From contig NC_068982.1 in assembly GCF_001194135.2 (NCBI RefSeq), positions 71,504,491 through 71,568,490 on the forward strand: a stretch of 64,000 nt of DNA. The letters are read 5' to 3'. A program made the translations under genes and the position numbers. This DNA is from Octopus bimaculoides (lineage: Eukaryota). Under the pieces are notes generated by a model. The model saw nothing but the letters and a program-made list of their open reading frames with translations, did not search any database and was not told the origin of the DNA. This document shows positions 12,791 through 26,528 of the stretch, piece after piece. How positions within the stretch are numbered: the stretch's first letter is position 1; each line of letters begins with the position of its first letter.

Positions 12791-15407
12791 CCCTTTACGA
12801 ACATCAATGCAAAAGATGTTTGCATCTATTGTGCTTTTACTATCTTGAGTTGTCCCCTTTTTAAATGAAACTTTAAAAAGTATTTCTTGATGCGTCGTGT
12901 ATTTCTAGGTACGGTTGTTTTCCTGTGTTGAAATTTCACGTATTTACAGCTAGGTAAACCAGCAAAGGATAATGGTATCCAATGCTTAGACCTTGATTCT
13001 CTATATGGAAGGCACTCTTTGGAAATTGCCCTGAAGAACTAAATTTTTGCCTATTAACTTGATATGCTTGACCTTATTAGCTGTGGCCTGGCATTGTAAT
13101 CTTAGACCATGTTCATTATGAGAAATACCTGTCTTCTGCACTCAGTATTTTCATGTATATGTACATACTTACATACACCTGTATAGATATATATGCATAT
13201 TTACACACACACACACACAAGAAAGAGAGTTTATGTTGTACAACGAGCCGACCGAAGCTTTGTAATTGAATTTGGTAGGCGGAAGTTACTGCCACGTGTG
13301 TATATGTCTGTGTATGTGCTTGTGCCTCTTTCCCAAAGAGAGAGAGGGGGAATTCTCACTGATGACAGCCAAGTTTCTAAATTGGAGAAATTGAAAGGTT
13401 TGCTTTGGTGCACATTGATAGAATGTTTGTCACTTTTACAATTGTAGGTTCAAATCCCATCGGTAGCTTTAGACTTTTTAGCATCCAAGGGTCTTTCTAA
13501 CACAATATTTACATGCTATTATTTATTACTTTATCAAGGCGGCAAGTTGGCAGAATTCTTAGCAGCATTTCATCTATATTTACATTCTGAGTTCAAATGC
13601 TGCCGAGGTCGACTTTACCTTTCATCCTTTCGGGATTGATAAATTAAGTACCAGTGAAACACTGGGTTTGATGTAATCAACTAATGCCCTCCCACAAAAT
13701 TTCAGGTCTTGTGCTTTTAGTAGAAAAGATTATTTATAACTTTATGAGGCAGCGAGCTAGCATAATGGATAGCACGCTGGGCAAAATGGTTAGCAGCATT
13801 TTGTCTTTGTTTTAAGTTCAAATTCCACCAAAGTTGACTTTGCTTTTCATCATTTTGGGGTCAATGAAACAATTAGCAGTTGAGCACTGGGGTCCATATA
13901 ATTGACTTACCCCCTTCCCCAAAACCGCTGGCCTTATGCCAAAATTTGAAACCATAATTTATAGCTTTATCTGCTTCGAGTTTTAAAACGATGTATATAT
14001 GTGTGTGTATGTGCGTCAAACTTATCATTTTTGCTCTAATCACGGTAAGCTGACTTAGTCTTTCTCTGATTTTAATTTTTTTCCGTCCTTCCAAATTACT
14101 CAATTACTTGTCTTATATAAACACAACTTGCAAACATATCTTAGTCTTATTTTTCAGCTGTTATCAGTGCCTTTAAATTTGTTTATCTTTTTTTATATAA
14201 TAATTTGGTTTTTCGTGTACCAAATTAAAATTTTTTTTTTTCCTGCTTGTAACCAGTAGGTTCCAAACACTAGCTTCTTTCATTTTTAAACACATTTTAT
14301 TTATTCTTTACAAATGCCAATATTGTAATTACCTTAAATATATATTTGTTTGTTCGTTTAATGATTTTTTTTTTTTTTTACTTTTCATTTTTTATGCTAG
14401 CATGGGTTGGTTGGATGTAGGATATATCTGAAGTAGGAATTTATGGCTGAATACTCTTCCTGTTGCCAACCCTTACCTGTTTGATAAGTAAGGGATTTTT
14501 TTTTCCCCTCAATTTCAGATTTTTGAAAGTGCATAGTGACCTGTTCTAATGTCAACAAAGAAAGTAAACATGATTTGCCATGAAGTTATGTGATGGTCAT
14601 CTGTTGCATGCACATATATATAAACGTGTGTGTGTGTGCATGCATTCATGTGTGTACATATACATGCATGCAGTAGCATAGCTAGTGTGTGTGCTGCCTG
14701 GGACAGATCTTATGTTTAGCCCCTTCCCCTTCATGGGGGGAGCTTCAAAGTATAATATTTACATTATATATTATTATGGCATTGAATGAATATATTAAAG
14801 CATTATTTTGATCAGACACCTCACCACTAACTACACTACTGCACATGATGGGCTTCCTTCAGTTTCTGTGTACCAGATTCACTAACAAAGCTTTGGTCAG
14901 CCTGGGACTGTAGTAGAAGATATTTGCCTAAGGTGCCATGCAGTTGACTGGACCACAAAGCCCTGCGGTTGCAAGACAAACTTCTTAACCACACAGCCAT
15001 GCCTCTGTGTACTATTATACATGCATATAATGATATCCTATAACCTATAGGGTTGTAGAAAGTATTGCTGAAAACTTTGATCTTGTATAGTGAATCTTGG
15101 GTGCATCAATTACATAGATCCCATCGTTCTCTAGCTATATCGATAGCAGTTTACCTTGGCGTTCAAAACTAATGAAATCCATCATCATTTGAAGTCATTT
15201 TTCCATGCTTACACTAGTCAGTTACATTTTTTTGAGGAAGATCTTCTATAGCTGAATACCTTTCCTGTTGCAATCCCTTGTTTCCAGGCAAGGTAATATT
15301 TCCCCGTGGCCAGACAGGTTTTTACAAGGAAATCTGGAAATGAACAACACCTTGTATGACGGTGATGTTTGTTTACAATCATCACATGATATCAAGACGG
15401 GTGTGCG

Positions 15408-15449
<42 letters not shown>

Positions 15450-16649
15450 ACCATGCATACATATATGTGCATACACATGCAACAGGGTTTTCTTTTCTTT
15501 TCTCCAGTTTTTGTCAACCAAATCTGCTCACAAGGGATGGGTTGATGTGGGACTGTAGTAGTTGATACTTGCCCATTTGTCAATGTCAAGCAGTCCTGAA
15601 AAATTGTTAGACATGCTGACACTGTGTGGTAAGTACTATTACAACTGGGTTATTGTTTTAGATGGTGTCTCTCCTCCGTATTTTACATTAACACTTTAAC
15701 ATTTAAACTGGCCATAATTGGCTCAAATATTCTACCCATTTTGTGTTCAAGCTGTACAGATTCAGCATCTCACACTTACGCTGCAAGGTCATTCTAAAAC
15801 TAGACAATCACTTCTTGGAAATTTCTAAGCTATGAGATGGTAGCTCTAAGCATGATTAATCATAAAAAAATGTTACTAAATAAGTATTACATTTGACTTA
15901 GAAAGCCGAATGCTAAAGGGTTAAGTATTCAAAGAATGTCCGCTTTGCCATCTTCATGGATTGTTCCATATTTGCCCTAAGCTTAAAGTGGTTGGACAGT
16001 GCAACACAAGGCAGTCTGTCCTTTGTTGGGATGCCTGCATAGACTGTCTTATAGGGAGTAGCTGCATAACCTGTATCTTGTTGGAGGATATCTGCCTAGC
16101 CTGTGTCTTTGTAGCTATACCTGCATAACATGCATCACATAGGGGTGCTTTGTGTAAGCTACACATTGTGGGAATATCTATATAATTTGCATCTTCTAGG
16201 GGTACCTGCATAATATAGTTTTCTGATGTATGTCTGCTGTAATTTAACTTGAGCCTGCTTGTAGATCTCCACTGCTTTCTGGTTTGATTACAGAAACTGA
16301 TGAATAATACAGTGGGGTCCTCACTCAGGCCCCACCACTACTAGGAGGGTGCTTCTTCCATTCATCTCACCAAACTTCTTTAATGTTGAAATTTTCTTTT
16401 ACTGTTCTATAGTCTTGAGGCAGTGGGTGCTGTATTGTTTGTTTTAAATGGCATCAGACTGCAGAAACCATGCCAAAACTGGCATTGAAGCTCAATGCTG
16501 TCAAACCATTAAACCAGTGCCAGAATGGAAAAATGGATATATATGATGATGATGACGGTACTTGTGTTTCTGATTAGATGGTGCTACCTTTGAGTAAGTC
16601 TCCTCTCTGGCGGAGAGGTGCAGCAATAACGCTCATTTATTGGTAGCCA

Positions 16650-17500
16650 GATCAAAGGAATCACTTTATTAGTACGAGATATAACCTACATCATTTCATT
16701 TAGGGCAACTACATATCTATACTAGGGACACGGTATTCAACTATGCTATAGCATAAGGCAAGTGCAAATGTTTCTAACAGTTTGTGATGCTCCTCAAGAC
16801 ATTCTAACTTGATTGTCAAGTTCCTCTTTTATAATTTTTGTTCGATGTTTTCGAGATGTCTGAATATTGAATATTCTCTGAGGTATTCAGAGTGCTTCTC
16901 TGGGTGGATTAGTTAATTACTGGGCTGTAACTGCATAATAGCTGTTGGTACAGAATGGAATCGTCACTGATTTCGTGGTATCCATGTTCAGGGATCATTT
17001 GTCAAAGGTCTTCAAACCTGAATTGTTCTACTAAATGCTATCTCCAATTCAATCATGTTGGTGGGTTGGCTAGGCTGTCCATGATTGTGGAAATGTGATC
17101 TGCCTGCCCTAATTTAAATGGTCTTATTTCAGGCATATCATCGATACAAAGATTGAACAAGCTTGTTACCAGGACTGATCTCTGAGGGGCTCTGATTCTT
17201 TTCTTAATTCTTTTTTTCTTGGCCATGCAAGTTAGTATTTTTTTTTGTACCATTTTGTTTCAAAGACTTTTTTTTTTTTGCATTTAATGACTTCAGCAAA
17301 TTTTGGCATTAATCCTCCATACTGTAGAAAAGCCATAAGTCCATAGATGCATATTAATGAGAATGAAGTCTACAAAGCTATCTTGTTTTGGACATACAAG
17401 GTACCACATATAGTTGACCAAGACCATCCTGATGGGTTGTGTGGGAAGAGAGTAAAATGTTGTCAAAGACATTGTGGGCTGATAATGCCAAAGAATGGAC
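16650..17500 (-). mobile_element. Decayed non-LTR retrotransposon RT region (I-group, Ingi/Vingi-like by recall)
   Basis: Minus strand gives APQRSVLVTSLFNLCIDDMP...GQADHI (RT PQGSVL..LFN.Y..D / YADD region, 17131-17190) and GASQTV / FALALCYSIVEY (WGA..TLRxxALALxYSxAEY, 16732-16765). Confidence 0.65.
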
Positions 17501-19039
17501 TAGAAATGAGAGCCTGGCTCACTGTATGCATGTAGCACCACACAGTGGGAGCTGGAAAGCCTTGGTAGTCAACCTCTGGACATAAGGAAAGTACCTGACT
17601 GGCTGGTGGCTGATAATACATACCTTACAGTATTGTAGGCTACTGAGAAATCTATGAAGACAAAGACAGCACCTGTTTTCAGTTTTGCTCACCTCTTGAC
17701 TCCATATAAGAAGTGAAGGCCAACATTTGTTCTTAAGTGTTTCTTTTTTGTTTTGAAACTGGCTTATTCAGTAGAGGTTTGAAGTTCAAACATTAGTGAC
17801 AGTCGCACGAGCACGATTCACTTCAGCAGTTTGAAAAGCGCGGCGCAGTTGTGAAACGGGTTGGTAACTAGGTGGGTGGTCTATTGGCTTTCCTGATTTT
17901 AGTATTGTTAAGACTTTGGTATGTGTCTACATTTTAGGATAGTCGTATTTATCTGTGAAGAGTGTTGTCAAACCAGGTTTACAGCTCTGTTGCTAAGGTG
18001 CGTAACCATTTCCGGGTGGATTCTATCAGCTGCTGCGATTTCTTGTTTTGTTATACCCTTCTTTTTCTCTGGGTACATTTTCTACAGGTGTTGATACTAA
18101 AAGTTTCATAGCTCTTGTCAGTATTTGTGATTTGGTTCACAGATATTTCATTACTTGTTCTGTTTGGCAATGTGTCCTTCCACATTTGGGTTGTCTGTTG
18201 TTGACAAACATCAAATGATGATTTCAAAGATAATTTTTACCTAGTTAAGAAATTACCAAAATTTTTTTTTTAAGTGAAATGAAAGAAAACAACCATTCAT
18301 TCAAGAAAAAAGCTGGTTACTGTTGTAAATTTACAATTAAAAAACCCAGAGGCCGCCTAATGAAAATATCTGGAAATAATTGCTGCATTTAAGTCTGTTT
18401 TTATATATTTGCATTGATTTGGTAGGGCCATAGTCCAGCATCTTAATATACATGATGCTTCAGTCCTGTGTTACACTTAAGGACCAATTTCAATGCTGTA
18501 TATTACTAGGTCAGTCCTAATTGATCAGACATGTGATTAGAAACATTCCAAATTGACATACTCTGGCTTCTTTTCAGCCCTATGTTATGTAAAGTATCAT
18601 CTTTTTCTCTTCGGTGACTTGGCTACTATTTCTAGTAAGTAAAGTAGTCTCGTAGAATTTTTGTGTTGATTATTGAATATGGTTTCTCGTTTGGTGTAAG
18701 ACACATGATTTGCTTAATGGTGGGTATTATATATTTCTATTATATGTCCATATCAGCAGTCATATTTCTTGCATTCTTCTATTAATTCTTCTGGTACCCT
18801 CTTGTGTTTAAACGTAACAGTATACCATCATGATCATTGTTTGGCATCCACTTTCTCATGGGTCAGACAGAATTTGTTGAAGCAGAGTTTTGAGACAATC
18901 AGATGCTTCATCTGCTTCCAAGTGAAGTTATATTTCCCCATAGCCAGTCATGTGCACGGAAAACTGGAACTAAACGACATTGCTTGTATGACGGTGACAG
19001 TCATCACATAATGTCAAGACAAGGGCATGCCCAAACACA

Positions 19040-20090
19040 CCTTTGAGTTGGTTGTTGGCATACTCCAGTAAGCAAACTTTCTTTCTGAGCTATTGTACTG
19101 CACTCAAACCCAACACCTTGATCTCCTACCCTCCACTGAACTCGGCTGCTTCCATTTTTTTCAGTGAGTTCTGCAGACAGGACACTGGAGTTGCTAGGAG
19201 TACTAGAATGGGCCTCAACCACACCAAATTGTTTGTTGGTAACCTTGAAGCCCAGATTGTCATTTTGCTAACACACTCCACATCAGAGCTATACAGTGGT
19301 TATACTCTTGAACAGCTTACTTCTTTCATTTCCTTTGTTAGCTTTTTTACATCATTTTTAGAATTCCTGTTTATCATTTCTGAAGCATCCAACTTATTAG
19401 ATACCTATTTCTATTATTGAACACCTCTGCCTTACCACATATGTTTTTCAAAAACCCACACCCTTCTACTCCTACTTCAATTTTTTTCCTTGCCACCCTA
19501 CTCACCAGATCGATTATGTCCATCTCAGTTCTTCCATGTCTGTTGCTAAATTTCACCAAATGTTCCATTTCCTTCTCATACAAGACATCCCCAACCTATT
19601 ATGATCTAGCTCACTATCAACCACACTTCTTTCCTCCTGCCCCTTAGCTACCCTGCCACACATTACCCCCACTTCCCCTTACCACCTGATCTCTCCAATG
19701 TGCTATTCTCTAGAATTTCTCCTTTTATCAATCTGACCCATTTCTTCCATCTTTCTGTTCTCCACCCACACACCACCAACCTTTCTCGATCTTCTGGTCA
19801 TTAGTTCCTTCATCCTTTGTCAGATCCAATTTAAAACGGCTACTTGTTCCTTGCCCCTTTGCAACACCTGTCTGTTTAGTTACAAATCATGGATCATTTC
19901 ACCTGTACTTTCATTAATGTTATTCATTGCATGAAACCTCAACTTTGCAAAGGAAAGATGAATCTGTCTGCTGGCTCGAAGATAGATTCAGGGAGTGTCT
20001 GCTTGATGTACAACATCACATCATTAAGCTTCTTGCATCTGTTGCATGGTATTTCAACTCAGAAGGCTTTGGTCATTCGAGAACAGGGGT
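19040..20090 (+). mobile_element. Decayed Penelope-like retroelement (RT + GIY-YIG endonuclease remnants)
   Basis: Fragments: QDTGVARSTRMGLNHTKLFVGNLEAQI (PLE QxxGVAMGTxMGPxYANLFVG); LTSFISFV; QKPTPFYSY..CHP (YKPTxSHSYLxxxSxHP); CNTCLF; DHFTCTFINVIHC (FTCxSxNVIYCI); LEDRFRECLLDV (LxDRFxEHLxDV). Confidence 0.75.
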
Positions 20091-21360
20091 CTCCAAAGGG
20101 GTCAATATCAACCCCTGGTGGTTGATGGGACTATTCAAGGGGTCGATAAATGCCTGAAACTGCACATCTACTTTATTATTTTCTTGTAACATGCTTGGGG
20201 GTCAATGAAGGGGTCAAGGATTCCATGAAGAGTCTGATGGTTTAAAACGTTTGGGGGACCCATTCTCTAGGGCAGGGCCCCCCCAATGTAAGTGGTTAAG
20301 ACACTTACCCAAAGTGCTGCATATTGGACTGAACCTAAAGTCACATGGTTGCAAAACAAATTTTTTAACTTCACAGCCACATCTGCATCTAACCAAATTA
20401 AATATTCCAAGCTATTGTTAAAGAAAGGCTTTAGTTGGGTGCCCTTCTTGTTGTCAACCACTTCAGTAGCTGTAAAGTGAGAGCAATCAGTACCTTTATC
20501 GTCCTACTGTTAGATTCACCAAAACAAGCAAAGTTACAGTTAGTGACCAGGTAAGGGAGCCCTGTTGTTTTAAGTTGCGCTTGTTGAATATTCTGTAATC
20601 TTAGCTTTCCTTGGCAGTTCATGTTTGCTAGAGCAGTCTTGTGACTATCTGCCATACTAAAGGTACTTGTGGTGGTTTGGTGAGTTCAGCGTTGTTGCTG
20701 CTGCTTTGTTACAACTCTATTGATTCTTGTCTCCATTTAATAGTTGACCACTCCTATATTCATTGATTTATGTTCTTGCTTTTTGTTTTTATTATTATTA
20801 TTGTTAATTTTAGATATCTTTGCTTAGAAGTCGGCCATTTTCACTTAACCATATTCTCTTCTCTTTAGCTCTCTATCTCTTTCTGTCTCTCTGTAATTGG
20901 TGTCATCTGCAGTCATAGTCCCCCCTCTGCATCAGGTGAAACGATCTACTAAATTATATGATTTGATATCTATATAGCCAAACCAATTATATATATTCTA
21001 ATTTATCTTAATCCACCCTTGTTTTATCTTGCTGCTTAGTTGCCATATTAATATTGAGCATTGCTTATTGGCTTGTTTTATGTTCTGTCCTACTGTTTGT
21101 GTTGAGTTAGCATCAGTCAGCTTCACATTGTGAAGAATAATGACACAACTTGTCTATTAATCACAGGCCAAATATAAAAAGTCCAACTCTTTGAATGTCC
21201 AGTGTGTCTGGTTTAAAACTTCAGCATGAAATAGAATAGTCTAGTTACAGCCACCTCACTGAGTAGGAACATGTTGTTTGGTAATTTAATAATTGAACAT
21301 GTGGTCTTGATTCTGGTCACACACAATAGAGATGATTTATCTGCTCTTAAGAGAATCAAT

Positions 21361-21792
21361 AGGTGTAGACATGACTGTGTGGTTAAGAAGTTTGCTTCTC
21401 AAACATTTAGTCTGGGTTCAGTCTCACTGTATGGCACCCTAGCCAAGTGTCAGCTACTATTGCTCTGGGACAGCCAGTGCTTTGTAAGTGAATTTGGTTG
21501 ATAGAAACCGAAAGAAGCTTATTGTGTGTGTGTGTGCCTGTAGCAGAGACAGTTGGTATCTCCTTGTCTTGATGTCACATGATAGCTGTAAACAAGTGTC
21601 ACTGTCATACAGCAGTGTCCTTCATTTCCAAATCTGTGAAAAATCTGTTTGACCACGGAGAAATATTACTTTACTTGGAAACAGTTGAGGGTTGGTGACA
21701 GGAAGGGCATCAGGATGTAGAAAATCTGCCGTGGCAGATTCTATCCCACCTATGTGAGCATAGAAAATTGGACATTAAAATGAGGATGATAA
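21361..21792 (+). mobile_element. SINE: tRNA head + CORE-like + (GT)n + RTE-like 3' tail
   Basis: Same head as 55612 but 3' end GGAAGGGCATC...GTAGAAAATCTGCC...GGACATTAAAATGAGGATGAT. Other copies at about 22010-22378(-), 35010-35440(-), 36075-36435(-), 15245-15570(-) and 39100-39395(+). Confidence 0.78.
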
Positions 21793-22425
21793 CTACATAA
21801 AAATCTATCTTTCTGACCCCCTTTGAGGAAAGGAGACCTTTCTCTCTACTATGCCACCTTGCGTCATAATCACCACCACTGCATGATCCTTGATTATTTN
21901 NNNNNNNNNCCCCAGCTGTATGTGTTTTTCCTGCAGATGTTCAAGTTTGGTGTTGACTAATCCAAAACACAATGTCATCATTCCTTTCATGTCCATACAC
22001 TTACATACACACCACATCACCATTTCACCTGGATCAGATGGAATTTGTTGAGGCAGGTGTTCTACAGCCAGATGCCCTTTCCATCGTCAATCCTTACCTG
22101 TTTCCAAGTAAGGTAATATTTTCTCCATGGCCAGGCATGCTTTTTACGGAAGACTGGAAACAAACAACATTTATATGATGGTGATGTTAATTTACAACTT
22201 CAGACGTATAGCACTCATACATGTTTGACAGGTTGCTTTGTTCTTCTGTCCACCAAATCCATTAAAGAGTTTTGGTTACACTACAACTATAGCAGGAGAC
22301 ACTTGCTCAAGGTACCCATGCAGTGAAACTGAACCTAAGACTGCATGGTTGGGATGCAAACTTTTTAACTACATGGCCAATAATGTGTTGTATTTAATGT
22401 GTGTGTGTGTGTGTATATGTATGTA

Positions 22426-22473
<48 letters not shown>

Positions 22474-22477
22474 ATTA

Positions 22478-22790
22478 GCACTCTGTCGGTTATGGTGATG
22501 GCAGTTCTAAGTTGATCTGGTCATCCAAAATGTTAGCTCGTAAAATTAATGCACGAGTGGCCAAGCACTCTACAGACACGTGTAACCCTTAATGTGGTGC
22601 TTAATGTGATTCAGTGTGACACAGAATGTGACAAGGCTGGCCCTTTGGATTACAAGTACAAATCATTTTTGCCAGCTGAGTGGATTGGAGTAAGGTGAAA
22701 ATAGTGTCTTGCTCAAGAACATAACACACTACCAAGAATTACTCATAACTTTATGGCTATGAATCAAATATCCTAACCGTGCACATATTC
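22478..22790 (-). mobile_element. Decayed antisense copy of the same SINE family as 61724
   Basis: Reverse complement contains the CORE-like block and GTGTCTGTAGAGTGCTTGGCCACTCGTGC. Its tail abuts the (AT)n/(GT)n microsatellite at ~22400-22475. Confidence 0.7.
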
Positions 22791-24184
22791 ACACACACCG
22801 CTTAGGAAGTTAAGGGCAGTGCCTATTGCCCTTTATTTTCCTACCAGTCTTTGAGGTGAGTAGGAAGGAAGGAAGGGAGTTGTCTTTAAACCAACCAAAA
22901 CCAAAGACCTGGTCTGAATATTTGCAGTGGAATGAACTCTCTACTAAGGGGACCCAAGGATTGGATGGTGGTATTAAAGTAGATGATGGTATTAAGTCTA
23001 CCGTCCAAGAACTCAGAAAGCAAAGAGCTGCAATAAATACCACAAGGTGTTTCTACCATTCCACCAATTTGATGACCCATTTTATTCCCCCCCCCCCAAA
23101 AAAAAAAAGATGAAAGGCAAAATTGATCTTGGTTGGATTGGAACTCGGAATGCAGAAATCTAAGGCAAATACTGCTGCTAGGCATTCCGTCCTGTGTTCT
23201 AGTGACTCTGCCAATTCGCTGTTAACTTTGTGTCTGAAACAAAGGCAAAAGCGATCATAGTGAGAAAGCCTTTGATCACACATTTGCTTGATAATGATGA
23301 GCCTGGGGCTAAAGAGCAACAAGGAAAGGAAGAAAATGTAGTTCTAAATACAGTGTGAAGAAAAAGGGAAAGATGGATGATCATGGCTGGAATGCGTTTG
23401 ATCTTGTGACTTACTTTAATAGGGGCTGAACTGGCACTAAACAACACAAAAGGTTGTGAGTGGTGGTGGCATCAGTGGGTTGCAGTCTTACATTGAAAAG
23501 AGATGTTGAAAAAACCTAGCATTCATTGATTGATTTTTCACACTGGGAGCAGCAGCAGGGTGGGGGAGAGCACACTTCCATCAGTTTCCTTTCACTGTGC
23601 CACTGCCATTACCAGCACACCGTTGCTCCTTTTCATGTTGACATAATAATCCCTACCTGTAAAGCTACCAAACCTGAACCCTAGTTCTTACCTTTTCACC
23701 ATTTAAAGCCGCTGACCCTTCTGTATACTTATAAAAACAACAACAACAACAAAGAAAAGCAAATAAACTTGTTTGTTTGTTTGTGTGTGTGTGTGTGTGT
23801 GAATAGTCTTATATAGGACTGACCAGCCAACTTTCACCTTGGGATTACTGCCTTTCTATAGCGCTTCTTTCACTGGCAAGGTATATTCAGAATACTCTTT
23901 CACACACACCTCTTCTACATTACCACTTTTTTCATTCCCACTTTCTGTCTCTCTCTAAATATATATATAATCTTTCTCTGTTTTTCATCCTTTCATTCTT
24001 GTTTCCCCTCTTCTAATCCACTCTCTCCTTCTTGTTCTCTTTGTTTGCTTTTAGCTCACCTGAGCTTTTTTTTTTTTTTTTTTCATTCCCCCCATTCCTC
24101 ATTCCCGTTGCTCTCAATGTCTTACATTTTTTCCCTTTTTCTCTCAAAACCTTTTCTTGCTACTTCCTTTCTGCATTGTCCTCC

Positions 24185-24186
24185 TT

Positions 24187-24219
<33 letters not shown>

Positions 24220-24250
24220 TTTTCTCTCTCTCTCTTTCTCTCTCTCTCTT

Positions 24251-24281
<31 letters not shown>

Positions 24282-24282
24282 T

Positions 24283-24372
<90 letters not shown>
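24185..24372. repeat. (CT)n/(CTTT) polypyrimidine microsatellite, about 190 bp
   Basis: Directly visible; source of the SLSLSL/RERERE ORFs. Confidence 0.97.
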
Positions 24373-24376
<4 letters not shown>

Positions 24377-26494
24377 CCTTTCTTTCTCTTTCACCATGGA
24401 TCAATATACATGGTAGTTCTTTCTCTCAAATACCTTTTCTACTTCCTATGTTTGTGCTTGAGTTAGGATAAAATGTGAAAATAAAAGAAACTTGATCTGC
24501 TTCCCTCCCCACTCTATTTACACACTTGATGTTTCACCTCCACCTCACCCCTACCAACGCCTTGCCATTCCTATATCTTTTCACTTGATGAAGGCTTCTA
24601 TAGACACTCACTACACCATTCAGTGCACTAACCAAATGTAAACGCATACACCCCACATGCTTTAGAACCATTAAGTCTTGGTGCGACCAAGTGCACTGTC
24701 TGTCAAGTGTTTCCTCCCCACCACCTTATTGCAAGTATTTCCACTTCATACCTTGTTGTGTTTGTTTTCCTACTCACCCTTCTAGTACCTGATTCCCTTT
24801 TAATCCCTTTTGGTTAGCAAGCAACATTTAGCCGAAGCTCCATTGAGCAATCTTCGTTTAACATGTTTTCCATGCTGGCACGGCTTAGATCAGAGGAAAT
24901 TGGAATTAGGAATTTTACAGTCGAATGCAATTCTTGTTATCAACCTTTGCCCATTGCCTTTTTTTTTTTCTCCTCCCTTGAGTAAGGGATTTTTCAAAAG
25001 TGCAAAACTAGCAGATGACTTGTTGACAAGGAAAATGCCAACAATCACTGGTTGCTGCCCAATCACAAATGATAACATCATCATTCGTAAATCAACTGCA
25101 AACAGCAATGTTACTGTCTATAGCCAAGTTGTGAACTAGTTAGACTGCACAAATTATATTGTCTCCTTCCTTTTGCCACTTAACTGCTTCAGTTTCCTAT
25201 TGCAAGCAACTTTATGGAGTGCAATGAATGCCTTTTATCATTGCACCTACACCAGAGTGGTTATCTTATCCTCAGCAAGACTGAACCAAAGGTTCTTCTG
25301 GAGTCTACTTCCTACATAATGCAGTTATTGTTCAGCCCAAGATCAACCATGACTAAGCAGACTATTTTATATATATATATTTATTTATATATATATATAT
25401 ATATATTGAGTCCAACCCATTCCTACATGGAAAGTGGATGTTGAATGATTATAATAATGATATATAATCAAGATGAGAATAATAGAGCATCATTAATTAG
25501 TGATTTGCTACAGGTGATCATTGATTCACTGCACTTCAGAAGGGAGGTATGTATGCATGTATATAAATGTGTCTCTTTCTCTCTCATACACACACATGCA
25601 TATTCACCTACACGCATACATGTATAGTCTGTGTTGTCTGTAAATGTTTATATTCTGTTTTGCTTTGCTCTCTAAAAACAAGTGGATTGAAAAGTCCCTT
25701 GTTAAACAGGTATGGGTTAGCAACAGTAAGGGCATCTGGCTGTAAAATATGCCTTTAATATGTGTATTTATCTAACCCATGCTATGGTAGAGAAAATAAA
25801 GACATAAAGCAAAAGATATGTTTGCGCATAATGATGGGTTTCTATACAATTTTCATCTCCAGATTCCACTCGCAAATTAAGTCATCCTGAGGTTCTCATA
25901 GGAGGCACTTCCCAAATATGCTCCAGGATTGAACCTTGGAACAATAGAGTGCAAGGCAACCTCTTAGACCACAGAGCTATACTTGTGACCCAAGGATCAC
26001 AGCCATCCTGCCTATTACCACCTAAAGATGTCCATAGAGTGTGATTTGAAGGGAATTTAGCTACTATTTTCAGCAAGTTGAGTGATAACATTGAGGCTTC
26101 TTTGTTGATTTGTAATAGAATTCAGTGATTGTTGGGGATTTTGTTTCTGTGTAAGAGGTGGGTTTGTAATTGGCAATCTTCACATGCTTGGATAATTGAA
26201 ACTAAGTTTAGATTGAAGGCAGCAAAAGCTAAAGAAATATGTGAAAGATGATAGATAAGAGTTTTATCTCGAGTTTATTTTAATTAAGCTTCTAATTAAT
26301 GTTGGATTTTAGAGATTTGGCAGGAGGAGGAAAATAGAAATTTTATTTTATATTTTTTTAAAAAACTGTTTGTCTCAGTAGATTCTTTGATTAATGTCAC
26401 GAGAAATTACTTGCAGGTAAACAGATTTGGGTTACTTTCTGAGAAGAGAAAAGAGGTTCAAAGAGAATCTTTTCTTTATATACATACCTATGTG

Positions 26495-26528
<34 letters not shown>

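Noticed and set aside
13359-13396. CTGATGA...GAAA as a hammerhead
   Set aside because: A 5-nt unpaired gap precedes the putative stem II, there is no NUH or stem I pairing, and it lies in a decayed SINE.
24032-24471. SLSLSL / RERERE ORFs
   Set aside because: Translation of the (CT)n microsatellite.
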